The notes beneath the pieces were generated by a model. It was not told the DNA's origin. It worked only from the letters and a program-made list of their open reading frames with translations, and made no database searches. This document shows positions 34,702 through 45,516 of a stretch of 64,000 nt of DNA, in pieces. The DNA lies in contig JARRQH010000010.1 in assembly GCA_037381985.1 (NCBI GenBank), positions 53 through 64,052 on the forward strand, read 5' to 3'. Each line of letters starts with the position of its first letter. The stretch's first letter is position 1. The stretch is from Pseudolabrys sp. (GTDB lineage: Bacteria; Pseudomonadota; Alphaproteobacteria; Rhizobiales; Xanthobacteraceae). A program made the translations under genes and the position numbers.

Positions 34702-35721
34702 ATGGATTGGGACAACGCGCGCCGCACATTCGAGACGGCGCTGATCTGGATCGCGGTGGCCGCGCTGGCATTCGTGCTGTGGTACACGCGCCAGGGCGTG
34801 CTGCTGGTGTTCGGCGCGGTCGTGCTGGCGGTCCTGCTCGACATGCTGGCATCGTTCATTTCGCGCGGAACGCGACTGCCGCAGGGACCGAGCCTCGCGC
34901 TCGCCACCGGCATTGTAGTTGCGCTGTTCGGCTTCATGGCCTGGCGTTTCGGCGCACAGCTATCGAGCCAGTTCAGCCAGCTCGCGCAGAACATCCGGGA
35001 CGGCGAGCAGTACCTGCACGCAACGTTTCAGAACAGCGGCCTCGGCCAGATCGGCGCCCAGGTCACCGAGAAAGGCACCTCCTTCCTCACCGGCGCGCTC
35101 AGCGGCGTGCTGTCGACGGGGCTGACCTTTGTCGAAGCGGCGGTGGTGCTCGCCATCAGCGCGATCTATCTCGCTGCCCAACCCGAGCTCTACCGCACCG
35201 GTTTCTCCAAGCTGTTCGCGCCGGCGCATCGGCTGCGTGTCTTGGAGTCGCTCGATACCATTGGCCGCTCGCTCAAGCTCTGGCTGCTCGGCCAGCTCAT
35301 CCTGATGATCGGTGTCGGCATCCTGTCGTTCATCGCGGTGTGGCTGATCGGGTTGCCGAACGCGGTCGCGCTGGCGCTGCTCGCCGGCATCCTGGAGATC
35401 GTGCCTTATCTCGGCCCCTTCATCAGCGGCATTCCCGCCGTGCTGGTGGCGCTGACGCTCGGCCTCGTGCCGGCGCTGTGGACCGTCGTCGCCTATATCC
35501 TGATCCACGTGTTCGAGGGCTACATCAGCGAGCCGATGATCGACCGTTATTTCGTCACCATCCCGCCAGCGCTGATCCTCGCCGGCATCGTCGCCTGCGA
35601 TCTGTTGTTCGGCACCATCGGCGTGATCATGGCCGCGCCGATTACCGTCGCCGTCTACATGGCGCTGAAGATGATCTACGTGGAAAACCCGCTCGGCGAG
35701 AAGCACAAGCCCGCGGCTTGA
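34702..35721 (+). CDS. AI-2E family transporter
   Basis: Multiple TM segments; WLLGQLILM, LEIVPYLGP, EGYISEP, FGTIGVIMAAP. Confidence 0.88.
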   Translation: MDWDNARRTFETALIWIAVAALAFVLWYTRQGVLLVFGAVVLAVLLDMLASFISRGTRLPQGPSLALATGIVVALFGFMAWRFGAQLSSQFSQLAQNIRDGEQYLHATFQNSGLGQIGAQVTEKGTSFLTGALSGVLSTGLTFVEAAVVLAISAIYLAAQPELYRTGFSKLFAPAHRLRVLESLDTIGRSLKLWLLGQLILMIGVGILSFIAVWLIGLPNAVALALLAGILEIVPYLGPFISGIPAVLVALTLGLVPALWTVVAYILIHVFEGYISEPMIDRYFVTIPPALILAGIVACDLLFGTIGVIMAAPITVAVYMALKMIYVENPLGEKHKPAA

Positions 35722-35834
35722 GCGGACGCCCGGCGGCCATCGAATAGCCGTAAAGACCCGCGCTTTCGGACCGGTCCCCAGGAACGGCGCCCGCCGTTTA
35801 CCCGGTGGCAACCATCTGCTGCCGATCTATACAC

Positions 35835-35890
35835 TTGTCGCGTTTCCGGACGGCGAACCGCTTCCCACTTCGCCTGGAAACGCTCTCTAG
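35835..35890 (-). repeat. Bru-RS/RIME-like Hyphomicrobiales palindromic repeat
   Basis: Reverse complement CTAGAGAGCGTTTCCAGGCGAAGTGGGAAGCGGTTCGCCGTCCGGAAACGCGACAA, with internal inverted repeat GCGTTTCC...GGAAACGC. Confidence 0.6.
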
Positions 35891-35941
35891 CGGCACAGCA
35901 GGGGCGCCCCCTACACTCTCCCCCTCGGCAGGAACGATTCG

Positions 35942-37474
35942 ATGTCTCCGGCGCACGGTATCTACAGCTTCACGGTGGCGCTGGCCGACGAGCGGGCCAC
36001 GCACCGGCTGATGACCGACGTCGCCGCGCTGCTGATGCCGGGTGACCTGATTACGCTCTCCGGCGATCTCGGCGCCGGCAAAACCACCTTCGCGCGCGCG
36101 CTGATCCGCCATCTCGCGGGCGATGAGGGTATCGAGGTGCCGAGCCCGACTTTCACGCTGATGCAGAGCTACCAGCTTGCCACCGCCACCGTGGTGCACG
36201 CCGATCTCTATCGGCTGTCGAGCCCGTCCGAGCTCGCCGAGCTCGGGCTCGAGGACGTCGGCCCCGACACCATCGAGCTGGTGGAGTGGCCCGACCGCGC
36301 CGGCGGCCTGCTGCCGCCCGACCGGCTCGACATCGCCTTCACGCTGTCGCCCGAGCAGGGGCCGAGCTTTCGCAACGCGCGCCTCACCGGCCACGGCAGC
36401 TTCGCGCCGCGCGCGCAGCGCATCGCCGCGGTGCGGCGTTTCCTGGCCGAGGCCGGTTTCGCCGAGGCCGATCGCATGCACATGCAGGGCGACGCCTCCA
36501 CCCGCGCCTATGAACGCCTCACCCGCAACGGCATGAGCTTCGTCCTGATGAACGCGCCGCGCCGGCCCGATGGCCCGCCGGTGCGCGACGGCAAGCCCTA
36601 TAGCGCCATCGCGCATCTGGCCGAAGACGAGACGCCGTTCATGGCCATGGACAAGGCGTTGCGCGCGCGCGGACTGTCGGCGCCGGCGATCATCGCCGCC
36701 GACCGCGACGCCGGGCTGCTGGTGCTGGAAGACCTCGGCCATGAAGCGGTGGTGGCCGGCGATCCGCCGGCGCCGATCGAGGAACGCTACCAGGCGGCGG
36801 TCGACCTTCTCGCCGAGTTGCATCGCGAGCCGCTGCCGGCCGCGCTGCCGGTGGTGCCGGGCGTGACGTATACCGTGCCGCGCTACGATCTCGCCGCCTT
36901 CCTGATCGAAACGGAACTGCTGATCGACTGGTATCTGCAGCGCTTCAACGCGCCGCTCGGCGACGCCGAACGGCAGACCTTTCTCGCGCTCTGGGACGAC
37001 GCGCTGCAGCCGGCGTTGAACGCAACCCAGACCTGGGTGCTGCGCGACTATCATTCACCCAATCTGTTGTGGCTGCCGGAGCGCGAAGGCATCAATCGGA
37101 TTGGCCTGCTCGACTTCCAGGACGCGCAGATGGGTCCGGCCGCCTACGACGTCGCCTCGCTGCTGCAGGACGCGCGCGTCGACGTGCCTGAGGCAATGGA
37201 GATCGCCTTGTTGTCGCGTTACGCCCGCGCGCGCCATGCCGCCGACCCGGGCTTCGACGCCACCGGCTTCGCGCTCGTCTACGCGACCGTGGCCGCGCAA
37301 CGCGCTTCCAAGTTGCTCGGCATCTTCGCCCGCCTCGACTGCCGCGACGGCAAACCGCAATATTTGCGTCACATGCCCCGCGTATGGGCCTATCTCCAGC
37401 GCGCGCTGGCGCATCCCGCACTAGCACCGATGAAGGCGTGGTACCGCGCGCACGTGCCGAGGATCAGCAGCTGA
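35942..37474 (+). CDS. tsaE: TsaE ATPase fused to an AmgK-like (APH-family) kinase
   Basis: GDLGAGKTTFAR, VPSPTFTL, HADLYR, VEWP; then GDASTRAY, LEDLG, LRDYHSPNL, LDFQDA. Confidence 0.9.
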   Translation: MSPAHGIYSFTVALADERATHRLMTDVAALLMPGDLITLSGDLGAGKTTFARALIRHLAGDEGIEVPSPTFTLMQSYQLATATVVHADLYRLSSPSELAELGLEDVGPDTIELVEWPDRAGGLLPPDRLDIAFTLSPEQGPSFRNARLTGHGSFAPRAQRIAAVRRFLAEAGFAEADRMHMQGDASTRAYERLTRNGMSFVLMNAPRRPDGPPVRDGKPYSAIAHLAEDETPFMAMDKALRARGLSAPAIIAADRDAGLLVLEDLGHEAVVAGDPPAPIEERYQAAVDLLAELHREPLPAALPVVPGVTYTVPRYDLAAFLIETELLIDWYLQRFNAPLGDAERQTFLALWDDALQPALNATQTWVLRDYHSPNLLWLPEREGINRIGLLDFQDAQMGPAAYDVASLLQDARVDVPEAMEIALLSRYARARHAADPGFDATGFALVYATVAAQRASKLLGIFARLDCRDGKPQYLRHMPRVWAYLQRALAHPALAPMKAWYRAHVPRISS

Positions 37475-37491
37475 CCGTCAATATAACCACC

Positions 37492-38214
37492 ATGCAGAAC
37501 ACGCCCCGCACCGCCATGGTGCTCGCCGCCGGCCTCGGCACCCGCATGCGGCCGCTCACAGACACCATGCCGAAGCCGCTGGTCGCGGTCGCGGGCAAGC
37601 CGCTCATCGATCACGTGCTGGCGCGGCTCGCTGAAGCGGGCGTCGAACGCGCCGTCGTCAACGTGCACTACAAGGCCGAGCAGATCGAAAAACATTTGCG
37701 CGATTGGCCCAAGCCGCGGATCACGATCTCCGACGAGCGCGGCGTGCTGCTCGGCACCGGCGGCGGCGTGGTGAAGGCGCTGCCGTATCTCGGCGAAGAA
37801 CCATTCTATCTGATCAATTCGGACACTATCTGGATCGATGGCGTCACGCCCAATCTCGTGCGGCTCGCGGCTGGCTTCGATTCCGCCACCATGGACGCGC
37901 TGCTGCTGCTGGCGCCGACTACCGGCTGCATCGGCTATCACGGGCGCGGCGACTTCACCATGCTGCCGGACGGCCGCCTGCAGAAGCGCGGCGAGCGCGA
38001 GGTGGCGCCCTTCGTCTATCCCGGCGTGGCGATCCTGGCGCCCGCTTTGTTCAAGGACCCGCCGCCCGACGCCTTCGCGCTCACCGACTTGTTCGCGCGC
38101 GCCGCCGAGAAGGGCCGCCTGCACGGCCTGCGGCTGGAAGGCCAGTGGATGCACGTCGGCACGCCCGAGGCGGTCGGCGAGGCCGAAGCGGCGATCAGGG
38201 CGAGCGCGGAGTAA
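37492..38214 (+). CDS. MurU-like nucleotidyltransferase
   Basis: AMVLAAGLGTRMRPLT..PKPL, VVNVHY, LGTGGG, NSD, WMHVGTP; follows the AmgK-like domain. Confidence 0.88.
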   Translation: MQNTPRTAMVLAAGLGTRMRPLTDTMPKPLVAVAGKPLIDHVLARLAEAGVERAVVNVHYKAEQIEKHLRDWPKPRITISDERGVLLGTGGGVVKALPYLGEEPFYLINSDTIWIDGVTPNLVRLAAGFDSATMDALLLLAPTTGCIGYHGRGDFTMLPDGRLQKRGEREVAPFVYPGVAILAPALFKDPPPDAFALTDLFARAAEKGRLHGLRLEGQWMHVGTPEAVGEAEAAIRASAE

Positions 38215-38222
38215 TTTTTTGC

Positions 38223-38336
38223 TGTCATGCCCCGCGAAGGCGGGGCATCCAGTATTCACCTCCGCTAGACTGGGCCACGGAATCAAAACCGAACCGCCCC
38301 GAATACTGGATCGCCCAGTCAAGCCGGGCGATGACA
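38223..38336. repeat. CGTC-type REP inverted pair (family A)
   Basis: TGTCATGCCCCGCGAAGGCGGGGCATCCAGTATTC ... GAATACTGGATCGCCCAGTCAAGCCGGGCGATGACA. Confidence 0.85.
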
Positions 38337-38346
38337 CCGTACAAAG

Positions 38347-41300
38347 ATGCCGGCGACTCAGCCCAACGTCTTCAACATCCCCGCCTCGGTGCCGTTTCTG
38401 CCGGTGCTGATCGGCGCGTTGTGCGAAGGCCACCTGGTGAAGGGCTTTCCCGCCTCCGACGACCCCCTGGAACTCGCGCGCGCCACGCTCTATCTGCCGA
38501 CCCGGCGCGCCGGGCGGCTGGCGCGCGAAGTGTTTCTCGACCGGCTGGGCGAGGCGGCGCTGTTGCCGCGTATCGTCGCGCTCGGCGATCTGGACGAGGA
38601 CGAGATCGCCTTCGCCGAAGCTGCCACCGGTGAACTGGCGGAAGCTGCGTTGTCGCTGCCGCCGGCGATCGCGCCGCTTGAGCGCCGGCTGCTGCTGAGC
38701 GAACGAAGTGGTCGAATTCGCCGGAGGTGCGCACGGCCGAAGGCGCACCACTGATCGCGAATACACCGTCCGCCGCGCTGGGGCTGGCCGACGACCTCGC
38801 CCGCCTGATGGACGACATGGTGACGCGCCAGGTGAGCTGGGACCAGCTCGACACCCTGGTGCCGGACGAGCTCGATCCCTATTGGCAGCTGTCGCTGCGG
38901 TTTCTCAAGATCGCGCGCGAGGCCTGGCCGGCGCTGCGCGCCGAGCGCGGGGCCATCGAAGCCGCCGAGCGCCGCGACGCGCTCATCGAAGCGGAAGCCA
39001 AGCGGCTTGCCGGCAGCGATGCGCCGGTGATCGCCGCCGGCTCCACCGGCTCCATGCCGGCGACCGCAAAGCTGCTCGCCACCATCGCCACGCTGCCGCA
39101 CGGCGCGCTGGTCTTGCCCGGATTGGATATGCATCTCGACGAAGCGTCGTGGCAGATGATCGCCGGCAACGACCGCGACGAGACCCACGACGGCCTGCCC
39201 GCCGCCGGCCACGCGCAGTTCGCCATGCATGCGCTGCTCGATCGGCTGGGCATCAAGCGCGACGAGGTCGAGCAACTGGGTAACGGTGAGCCGCACGCCC
39301 GCGACGTATTGATTTCGGAAGCCTTGCGTCCGGCCGCCACCACCGAGCGCTGGCAGGCCCGCATCGACGACAGCGGCTTCCACCGGGCGGTCGACGCCGG
39401 ACTGGCGTCGCTGAGCGTCATCGAAGCCGCCAATGCCGAGGAAGAAGCGCTCGCGATTGCGGTCGCTCTGCGCGAGGCCTTGCAAGAGAAAGACAAGACC
39501 GCCGCCCTGGTGACGCCCGACCGCGCGCTGGCCCGCCGCGTGGTCGCGGCGCTGGCGCGTTGGAACGTGCCCGTCGACGATTCCGGCGGCGATGCATTGA
39601 CAGAGACGCCTGCCGGCGTGTTCGCGCGGCTGACGGTCGAAGTAGCGCTCCATGGTCTCGAGCCGGTGCCGCTGTTGGCGCTGCTCAAGCATCCGTTGCT
39701 GCGGCTCGGCGCCGAGGCGGGCGCGCATACTCGCGCCATCGCCGCGCTGGAAGGCGCGCTGTTGCGCGGCCCGCGTCCAAAAGCCGGCAGCGTCGCGCTG
39801 GCGCATGCGCTGAAGGCATTTCGCGAAAACCGCAGCGAGCTGCACCCAAGCGATCCGCGCCGCAAGATCGGCGACAGCGAGCTCGACGCCGCAGCCGATC
39901 TGATCACGCGCTTGTCCGACGCGCTGGCACCGCTCGAAATCCTCAAAGGCCGCGACCGGACGCTCGCGGCCTTCGCGGCCTGCCATCGCACCGTCATTGA
40001 GAACCTGAGCCGCGAGGGCGACGGCGTCGTCGCGTTCGCCGGCCATGCCGGCAGAGCGCTCAAGACCGCGCTCGACGACCTGGTCGACAGCCCCTCCGCG
40101 CAGGGGCTCGCCACCGCGCGCGTTGACTATGCCGAGCTGTTCCACGCCGCCCTCGGCGACCGCGTAGTACGGCGGCCGGAAATCCGCGACGTGCGTGTGC
40201 ACATCTACGGACCGCTGGAAGCGCGTTTGCAGCAGATCGACCGCGTGGTGCTGGGCGGCCTGAACGAAGGTACCTGGCCGCCGGAAACCCGCAGCGACCC
40301 GTGGCTGTCGCGGCCGATGCGGCGCGCGCTCGGCCTCGATCCGCCCGAACGCCGCATCGGCTTGTCGGCGCACGACTTCGCGCAAGGGTTGGGCGCGAGC
40401 GAGGTTATATTGGCGCGCGCCGCCAAGCTCGCCGGCGCGCCGACGGTGACTTCGCGCTTCGTGCAGCGCATCGCCGCGCTCGCGGGCAAGGCGCGCTGGG
40501 ACGAGGTCATCGCGCGCGGCGAGCGTTATCTCGACTACGCCCGCGCGCTTGACGAACCGGTGGAGGTCGCTCCGGCCAAGCGTCCGGAACCGCGGCCGCC
40601 GCGCGACGCGCGGCCGAGCCGGTTGTCGGTGACGGCCATCGAGGACTGGCTGCGCGACCCCTACACCATCTACGCCAAGTTCATTCTCCGCCTCGCGCCG
40701 CTCGACGCCGTCGACACGCCGCCGGGCGCACGCGATCGCGGCACCGTCATCCACGGTGCCATCGGCGATTACACCGTGGAATTCGCGGACACCGCGCCGG
40801 TCGATCCGCTCAAGGAACTCATGCGGCTCGGCGAGAAGCGCTTCAAGCCGCTGGCGGATTATGAGGAAGCGCGCGCGTTCTGGTGGCCGCGCTACGAGCG
40901 TATCGCGCGCTGGTTCGTGCAATGGGATCGCGAACGCCGCGCGGGACTGACGGCGCTGTTCGCCGAGATCAAGGGCGAGCTCGCATTTCCCGTCGGCGAG
41001 CGCACCTTCACGCTGTCGGCCATCGCCGACCGCATCGAACGCCGCGCCGACGGCTCTTACGCCATTCTCGACTACAAGACCGGCCAGGCCCGCACCGAGA
41101 AGCAGGTGCGCACGGGGCTGGCGCCGCAGCTCACCTTGGAAGCCGCCATCCTGCGCGAAGGCGGCTTCAAGACAATCGCGCCCGGTTCCGTGAGCGAGAT
41201 CACCTACGTGACTCTGAAGGGCGGCGAGCCGGCCGGCAAGCCGCAAGCCATCGACTTCAAGGACGGCACGCCCGACAGCCAGGCCGAGGCCGCGCTCGGC

Positions 41301-41456
41301 AAGCTGAAGACGCTGGCCGCCACCTTCGAGGACGAGAGCAAGCCGTACTACTCGCTCGTCCATCCCATGTGGAAGACGCACTACGGCGACTTCGACCACC
41401 TCGCGCGGGTGAAGGAATGGTCGCTCACCGGCGGCGGCGACGAGGGCGGGGAATGA
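38347..41456 (+). pseudogene. addB: Double-strand break repair protein AddB, frameshifted near 38703
   Basis: VFNIPASVPFL, LYLPTRRA in frame 1 to LLLSE; continues in another frame as TKWSNSPEVRTAEG...AGSTGS...RDPY..DRIE..DYKTG. Confidence 0.85.
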
Positions 41457-44400
41457 ACGCGCCGCGCACCATCCCGAACGACGTGCTGGCGGTGCAGATC
41501 GAGGCCGCCGACCCGGATGTGTCCGCCTTCGTCTCCGCCAATGCCGGCTCCGGCAAGACGCATGTTCTCGCTCAACGGGTCATCAACCTGCTGCTGCGCG
41601 GCTGCGACCCGGCCAAGATCCTGTGCATCACCTTCACCAAGGCCGCCGCCGCCAACATGGCGAACCGGGTGTTCGAGACACTCGCCAAGTGGACCGCGCT
41701 GAACGACGAAGACCTGAACAAGCAGATCGAGCTGAACACCGGCCGGCCCGCCACCTTCGCCGACCGGGTGCGCGCGCGGCGGCTATTCGCCTCGGCGCTG
41801 GAAACGCCCGGCGGCCTCAAAGTGCAGACCATCCACGCCTTCTGCACGCGGCTGCTGCACCAGTTCCCGTTCGAAGCCAATGTCGGCGCGCGCTTCACCG
41901 TGCTGGACGAGGCTTCCACGTCCCAATTGCTCGATAAGCTGACGCTCGACGTGCTGCTGGAAGCCGCCGGCCAGCCCGACAGCAAGCTCGGCCGGGCGCT
42001 TTCCACCGCTATCGTGGTCGCCGCCGACCAGACCTTCAAGGACGTCATCGGCGAAGCCATCTTCGAGCGCGACGCCATCGCCGAGTGGCTGAAAAATGCC
42101 GGCGGCTTAGACGCCGCCATCGCCAGCCTATCGCAAAGTCTCGGGCTCGATCCCGCCGACACACTCGAAAGCGTCAAAGCCGACTATTTCGCCGCCTCGC
42201 TCGTTCCGCCTCACGAATGGCCGGCGCTAATGGAAATCCTGTCGACCGGCTCGGCCAACGACCAGAAGCAGGTCGGCGCATTGGAAGCCGCGCGCGCGGC
42301 GCAGGGACGCGAGCGCATCGACAGCTATCTCAAGGTCTTCTGCACAGCGGAACGCGAGCCGCGCAAGAGCATCATCACCAAGAAGCTCGCTACCGCGCAC
42401 CCCACCTGGGCCGAACTCCTGCTGCAGGAGCAGGCCCGCCTCGTGGCCCTGATCGCGCGCGAACGCGCCTTGCAGGCGCGCGAGCGCACCCGCGCGCTGA
42501 TCACCATCGCGGCGGACGTGATCGACCGCTACGGCAAGGACAAGGAACGCCGCGCGCTGCTCGACTACGAGGACCTGATCGACAAGACGCTGGCGCTGTT
42601 CGAAAACGCCTCCGCCGCCTGGGTGCTCTACAAGCTCGATCTCGGCATCGACCACATGCTGATCGACGAGGCGCAGGACACCAGCCCCAAGCAGTGGGAG
42701 ATCGTCCAGACCATCGCCTCGGAGTTCATGCCCGGCGGCGCGCGCGGCGACGTCAAGCGCACTGTCTTCGCGGTCGGCGACGAGAAGCAGTCGATCTTCT
42801 CGTTCCAAGGCGCGGCGCCCAAGGCCTTCGACGACATGCGCCGACTGTTTCAGCGCCAGTTCGACACGCCCGAGCTCGGCTGGCGGCACCTGCGCTTCCA
42901 CCGCTCGTTCCGCTCCGGGCAGAACGTGCTCGGCTCGGTTGACCGTGTGTTCGCCGAACGCGCGGTCTATTCAAGCGTCACCACCGACGAGATCGGCATC
43001 CCCGAGCACCAGGCGCTGCCCGACACCGCGCCGGGCTTGACCGAAATCTGGGACCTGATCAAGCCGGCGGACAAGAAGGAGATCGAGGGCTGGGACGCGC
43101 CCTTCGACACCGAAAGCGAGGAAAGCCCGCGCGTGCAGCTCGCCCGCCGCATCGCCGAGCATGTGCAGCGCTGGCGCGCGCAAGGGCTGGAAGCCGGCGA
43201 TGTACTCATCCTGGTGCGGCAGCGCGGGCCGCTGTTCGAATCCATCATCCGCGCGTTGAAGAACGCCGGCGTGCCGGTGGCCGGCGCCGACCGCTTGGTG
43301 CTCACCGAGCACATCGCGGTGATGGACCTGATGGCGCTGGCCGACTGCCTGCTGCTGGAAGACGACGATCTCGCGCTCGCCGCCGTGCTGAAAAGCCCGC
43401 TGTTCGGCATCACCGAGGAGCAGTTGTTCGAGCTGGCCTGGCAGCGCAAGGGCCCGTTGCGCGCGAGCCTGCGCGGCAAGGCCGATGACGTGCTGTTCGG
43501 CGCCATCAACGACGCGCTCGACGACCTCGCCCGCGCCGCGCGCACCATGACGCCGTTCGGTTTCTTCGCCCACGTGCTGGGCGCCAAACGCGGACGTCAG
43601 AAGATGCTGGCCCGCCTCGGGCCGGAGGCCAACGACGCGCTCGACGAATTCCTCAATCTCGCCCTCGACTACGAGCAGAGGGAGACGCCCTCGCTGCAAG
43701 GCTTCCTGGCCTGGCTGCGCGCGGCGCAGAGCGAAGTGCGCCGCGACATGGAGATGGCGCGCGACGAAGTGCGCGTCATGACCGTGCACGGCGCCAAGGG
43801 GCTGGAAGCCAACACCGTCATCCTCGCCGACACCACCACGGCGCCAACAGGCTCCCATCCGCCCCGACTGTTGGAGCTCAACGGCGGTTCGATCGTCTGG
43901 GCCAAGGGCAAGGCGGAAGACGCCGAAGCGATGGCAACCGCGCGCCAAGGCGCGCTCGATGCCGCGCGCGACGAATACCGGCGGCTCCTGTACGTGGCGA
44001 TGACGCGCGCGGCGGAACGGCTCGTCGTCTGCGGCGCGCAAGGTGACCGCAAGATTCCCGACGGCTGCTGGTATCAGCTCGTGCGCGACGCGCTGGAAGA
44101 CGACTGCGTGTCGGAGCCTGCCGACGACGGCAACGGCGAGGTGCTGCGTTATCGCAAGCACAAGACGCCGGAAACGCCCACCATCGAAGCAATCACCGCC
44201 GCGTCGGCCGCGCCAACGATCGAGCTTCCCGCTTGGCTAACCCAAGCCGCGCCGCTTGAACGCCCTGCGATGCGCACGGTCATACCGTCGAGCGCCGGTG
44301 ACGAGGACGACAAGCGCTCGCCAGCGGGTACCGGCGTCAATGCGGCGCTGTTGCGCGGATCGCTCACGCACCGGCTACTGCAGGCGCTGCCGGAGATTCC

Positions 44401-44863
44401 GGCCGAGCGCCGTCTGGCCGCGGCACAAGATTACCTCGCACGCGCCGGCGATAAATTGGCGCCCGAAGACCGCGCGACAATCGCCGAGCAGGTGATGCGC
44501 GTGCTCGACGCGCCGGCCTTCCGCGAAGCCTTCCAGTCCGGCAGCCGCGCCGAGGTGCCGATCGTCGGCACGCTGTTGCTCGGCGACGAGACGGTGCGCG
44601 TCTCCGGCCAGATCGACCGGCTGGCGGTCACCGAATCCGCTGTGCTGATCTGCGATTTCAAGACCAACCGGCCACCGCCGCGGCGAATCGAAGACGTGCC
44701 GCCGGCCTACCTCGCGCAGCTCGCACTCTACCGCGCCGTGCTCGCCAAGCTATACCCCGGCCGGGCCGTCCGCGCCGCCCTGCTATGGACGGAAGCCCCT
44801 GATCTCATGGAGCTTTCCGCCACCGCGCTGGACGCGACCCTGGCCCGCATTCCCGTCACGTGA
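41453..44863 (+). CDS. addA: Double-strand break repair helicase AddA
   Basis: SANAGSGKT, ITFTKAAA, DEAQDT, VGDEKQSI, MTVHGAKGLE, YVAMTRA, GQIDRL..DFKT. Confidence 0.96.
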   Translation: MNAPRTIPNDVLAVQIEAADPDVSAFVSANAGSGKTHVLAQRVINLLLRGCDPAKILCITFTKAAAANMANRVFETLAKWTALNDEDLNKQIELNTGRPATFADRVRARRLFASALETPGGLKVQTIHAFCTRLLHQFPFEANVGARFTVLDEASTSQLLDKLTLDVLLEAAGQPDSKLGRALSTAIVVAADQTFKDVIGEAIFERDAIAEWLKNAGGLDAAIASLSQSLGLDPADTLESVKADYFAASLVPPHEWPALMEILSTGSANDQKQVGALEAARAAQGRERIDSYLKVFCTAEREPRKSIITKKLATAHPTWAELLLQEQARLVALIARERALQARERTRALITIAADVIDRYGKDKERRALLDYEDLIDKTLALFENASAAWVLYKLDLGIDHMLIDEAQDTSPKQWEIVQTIASEFMPGGARGDVKRTVFAVGDEKQSIFSFQGAAPKAFDDMRRLFQRQFDTPELGWRHLRFHRSFRSGQNVLGSVDRVFAERAVYSSVTTDEIGIPEHQALPDTAPGLTEIWDLIKPADKKEIEGWDAPFDTESEESPRVQLARRIAEHVQRWRAQGLEAGDVLILVRQRGPLFESIIRALKNAGVPVAGADRLVLTEHIAVMDLMALADCLLLEDDDLALAAVLKSPLFGITEEQLFELAWQRKGPLRASLRGKADDVLFGAINDALDDLARAARTMTPFGFFAHVLGAKRGRQKMLARLGPEANDALDEFLNLALDYEQRETPSLQGFLAWLRAAQSEVRRDMEMARDEVRVMTVHGAKGLEANTVILADTTTAPTGSHPPRLLELNGGSIVWAKGKAEDAEAMATARQGALDAARDEYRRLLYVAMTRAAERLVVCGAQGDRKIPDGCWYQLVRDALEDDCVSEPADDGNGEVLRYRKHKTPETPTIEAITAASAAPTIELPAWLTQAAPLERPAMRTVIPSSAGDEDDKRSPAGTGVNAALLRGSLTHRLLQALPEIPAERRLAAAQDYLARAGDKLAPEDRATIAEQVMRVLDAPAFREAFQSGSRAEVPIVGTLLLGDETVRVSGQIDRLAVTESAVLICDFKTNRPPPRRIEDVPPAYLAQLALYRAVLAKLYPGRAVRAALLWTEAPDLMELSATALDATLARIPVT

Positions 44864-44870
44864 GTGTGCC

Positions 44871-44899
44871 TTGACGCTTGAGGGGCCCGTTCATACGTT
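44871..44899 (+). promoter_or_regulatory. Putative sigma70 promoter of trxA
   Basis: TTGACG-N17-TACGTT. Confidence 0.55.
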
Positions 44900-44960
44900 C
44901 GACTCCTCGCAATTTCCGGGCGCTCAAAACCCGCCCCGTCACAGCTAATGAGGTAGTGCC

Positions 44961-45281
44961 ATGGCCGTCGGCAAAACGTCTGACGCAAGCTTCGAATCGG
45001 ACGTGATCAACTCGTCCGAGCCGGTGGTTGTCGATTTCTGGGCAGAGTGGTGCGGGCCCTGCCGCATGATCGCCCCGGCGCTCGAGGAAATCGCCGAGCA
45101 GCTCGGCGAGAAAGTCAAGATCGTCAAGCTCAACGTCGACGAGAACCCGAACGTCGCCGCCAAGTACGGCATCATGTCGATCCCGACCCTGATGATGTTC
45201 AAGGGCGGCGAGATCGCCTCGCGCCAGGTCGGCGCCGCGCCCAAGCAGAAGCTGCATCAGTGGATTTCGAGCGCGGTCTGA
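44961..45281 (+). CDS. trxA: Thioredoxin
   Basis: [16 protein letters not shown]. Confidence 0.98.
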   Translation: MAVGKTSDASFESDVINSSEPVVVDFWAEWCGPCRMIAPALEEIAEQLGEKVKIVKLNVDENPNVAAKYGIMSIPTLMMFKGGEIASRQVGAAPKQKLHQWISSAV

Positions 45282-45303
45282 TCGCCCGCGCGACTGTCTG
45301 ACG

Positions 45304-45337
45304 AACGGCCGGCCTCGCGCCGGCCGTTTTGTTTTTC
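45304..45337 (+). terminator. trxA intrinsic terminator
   Basis: AACGGCCGGC-CTCGC-GCCGGCCGTTTTGTTTTT. Confidence 0.75.
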
Positions 45338-45368
45338 ACGGGATTTTGTCATGGCCGCGCGTCTTCCT

Positions 45369-45505
45369 ATCCCTCCCCCGCTCGCGGGGGAGGGTGGCCG
45401 CAAGCTATGGCGAGCGGTCGGGTGGGGGCACGGTTGTTGTCGCTCGATAACCCCACCCGGCTCCGCGCATAGCGCCGAGCCTCCCTCCCCTTTCAGGGGA
45501 GGGAT
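45369..45505. repeat. CCCTCCCC/GGGGAGGG palindromic repeat pair (family D)
   Basis: CCCTCCCCCGCTCGCGGGGGAGGG..GGTCGGGTGGGG / CCCCACCCGGC..CCCTCCCCTTTCAGGGGAGGG between convergent genes. Confidence 0.75.
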
Positions 45506-45516
45506 GGAGACTGCCG

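Noticed and set aside
40883-41452. N-terminal extension of AddA in the 1326-aa ORF
   Set aside because: Alternative frame inside addB; the ATGA overlap at 41453 marks the start
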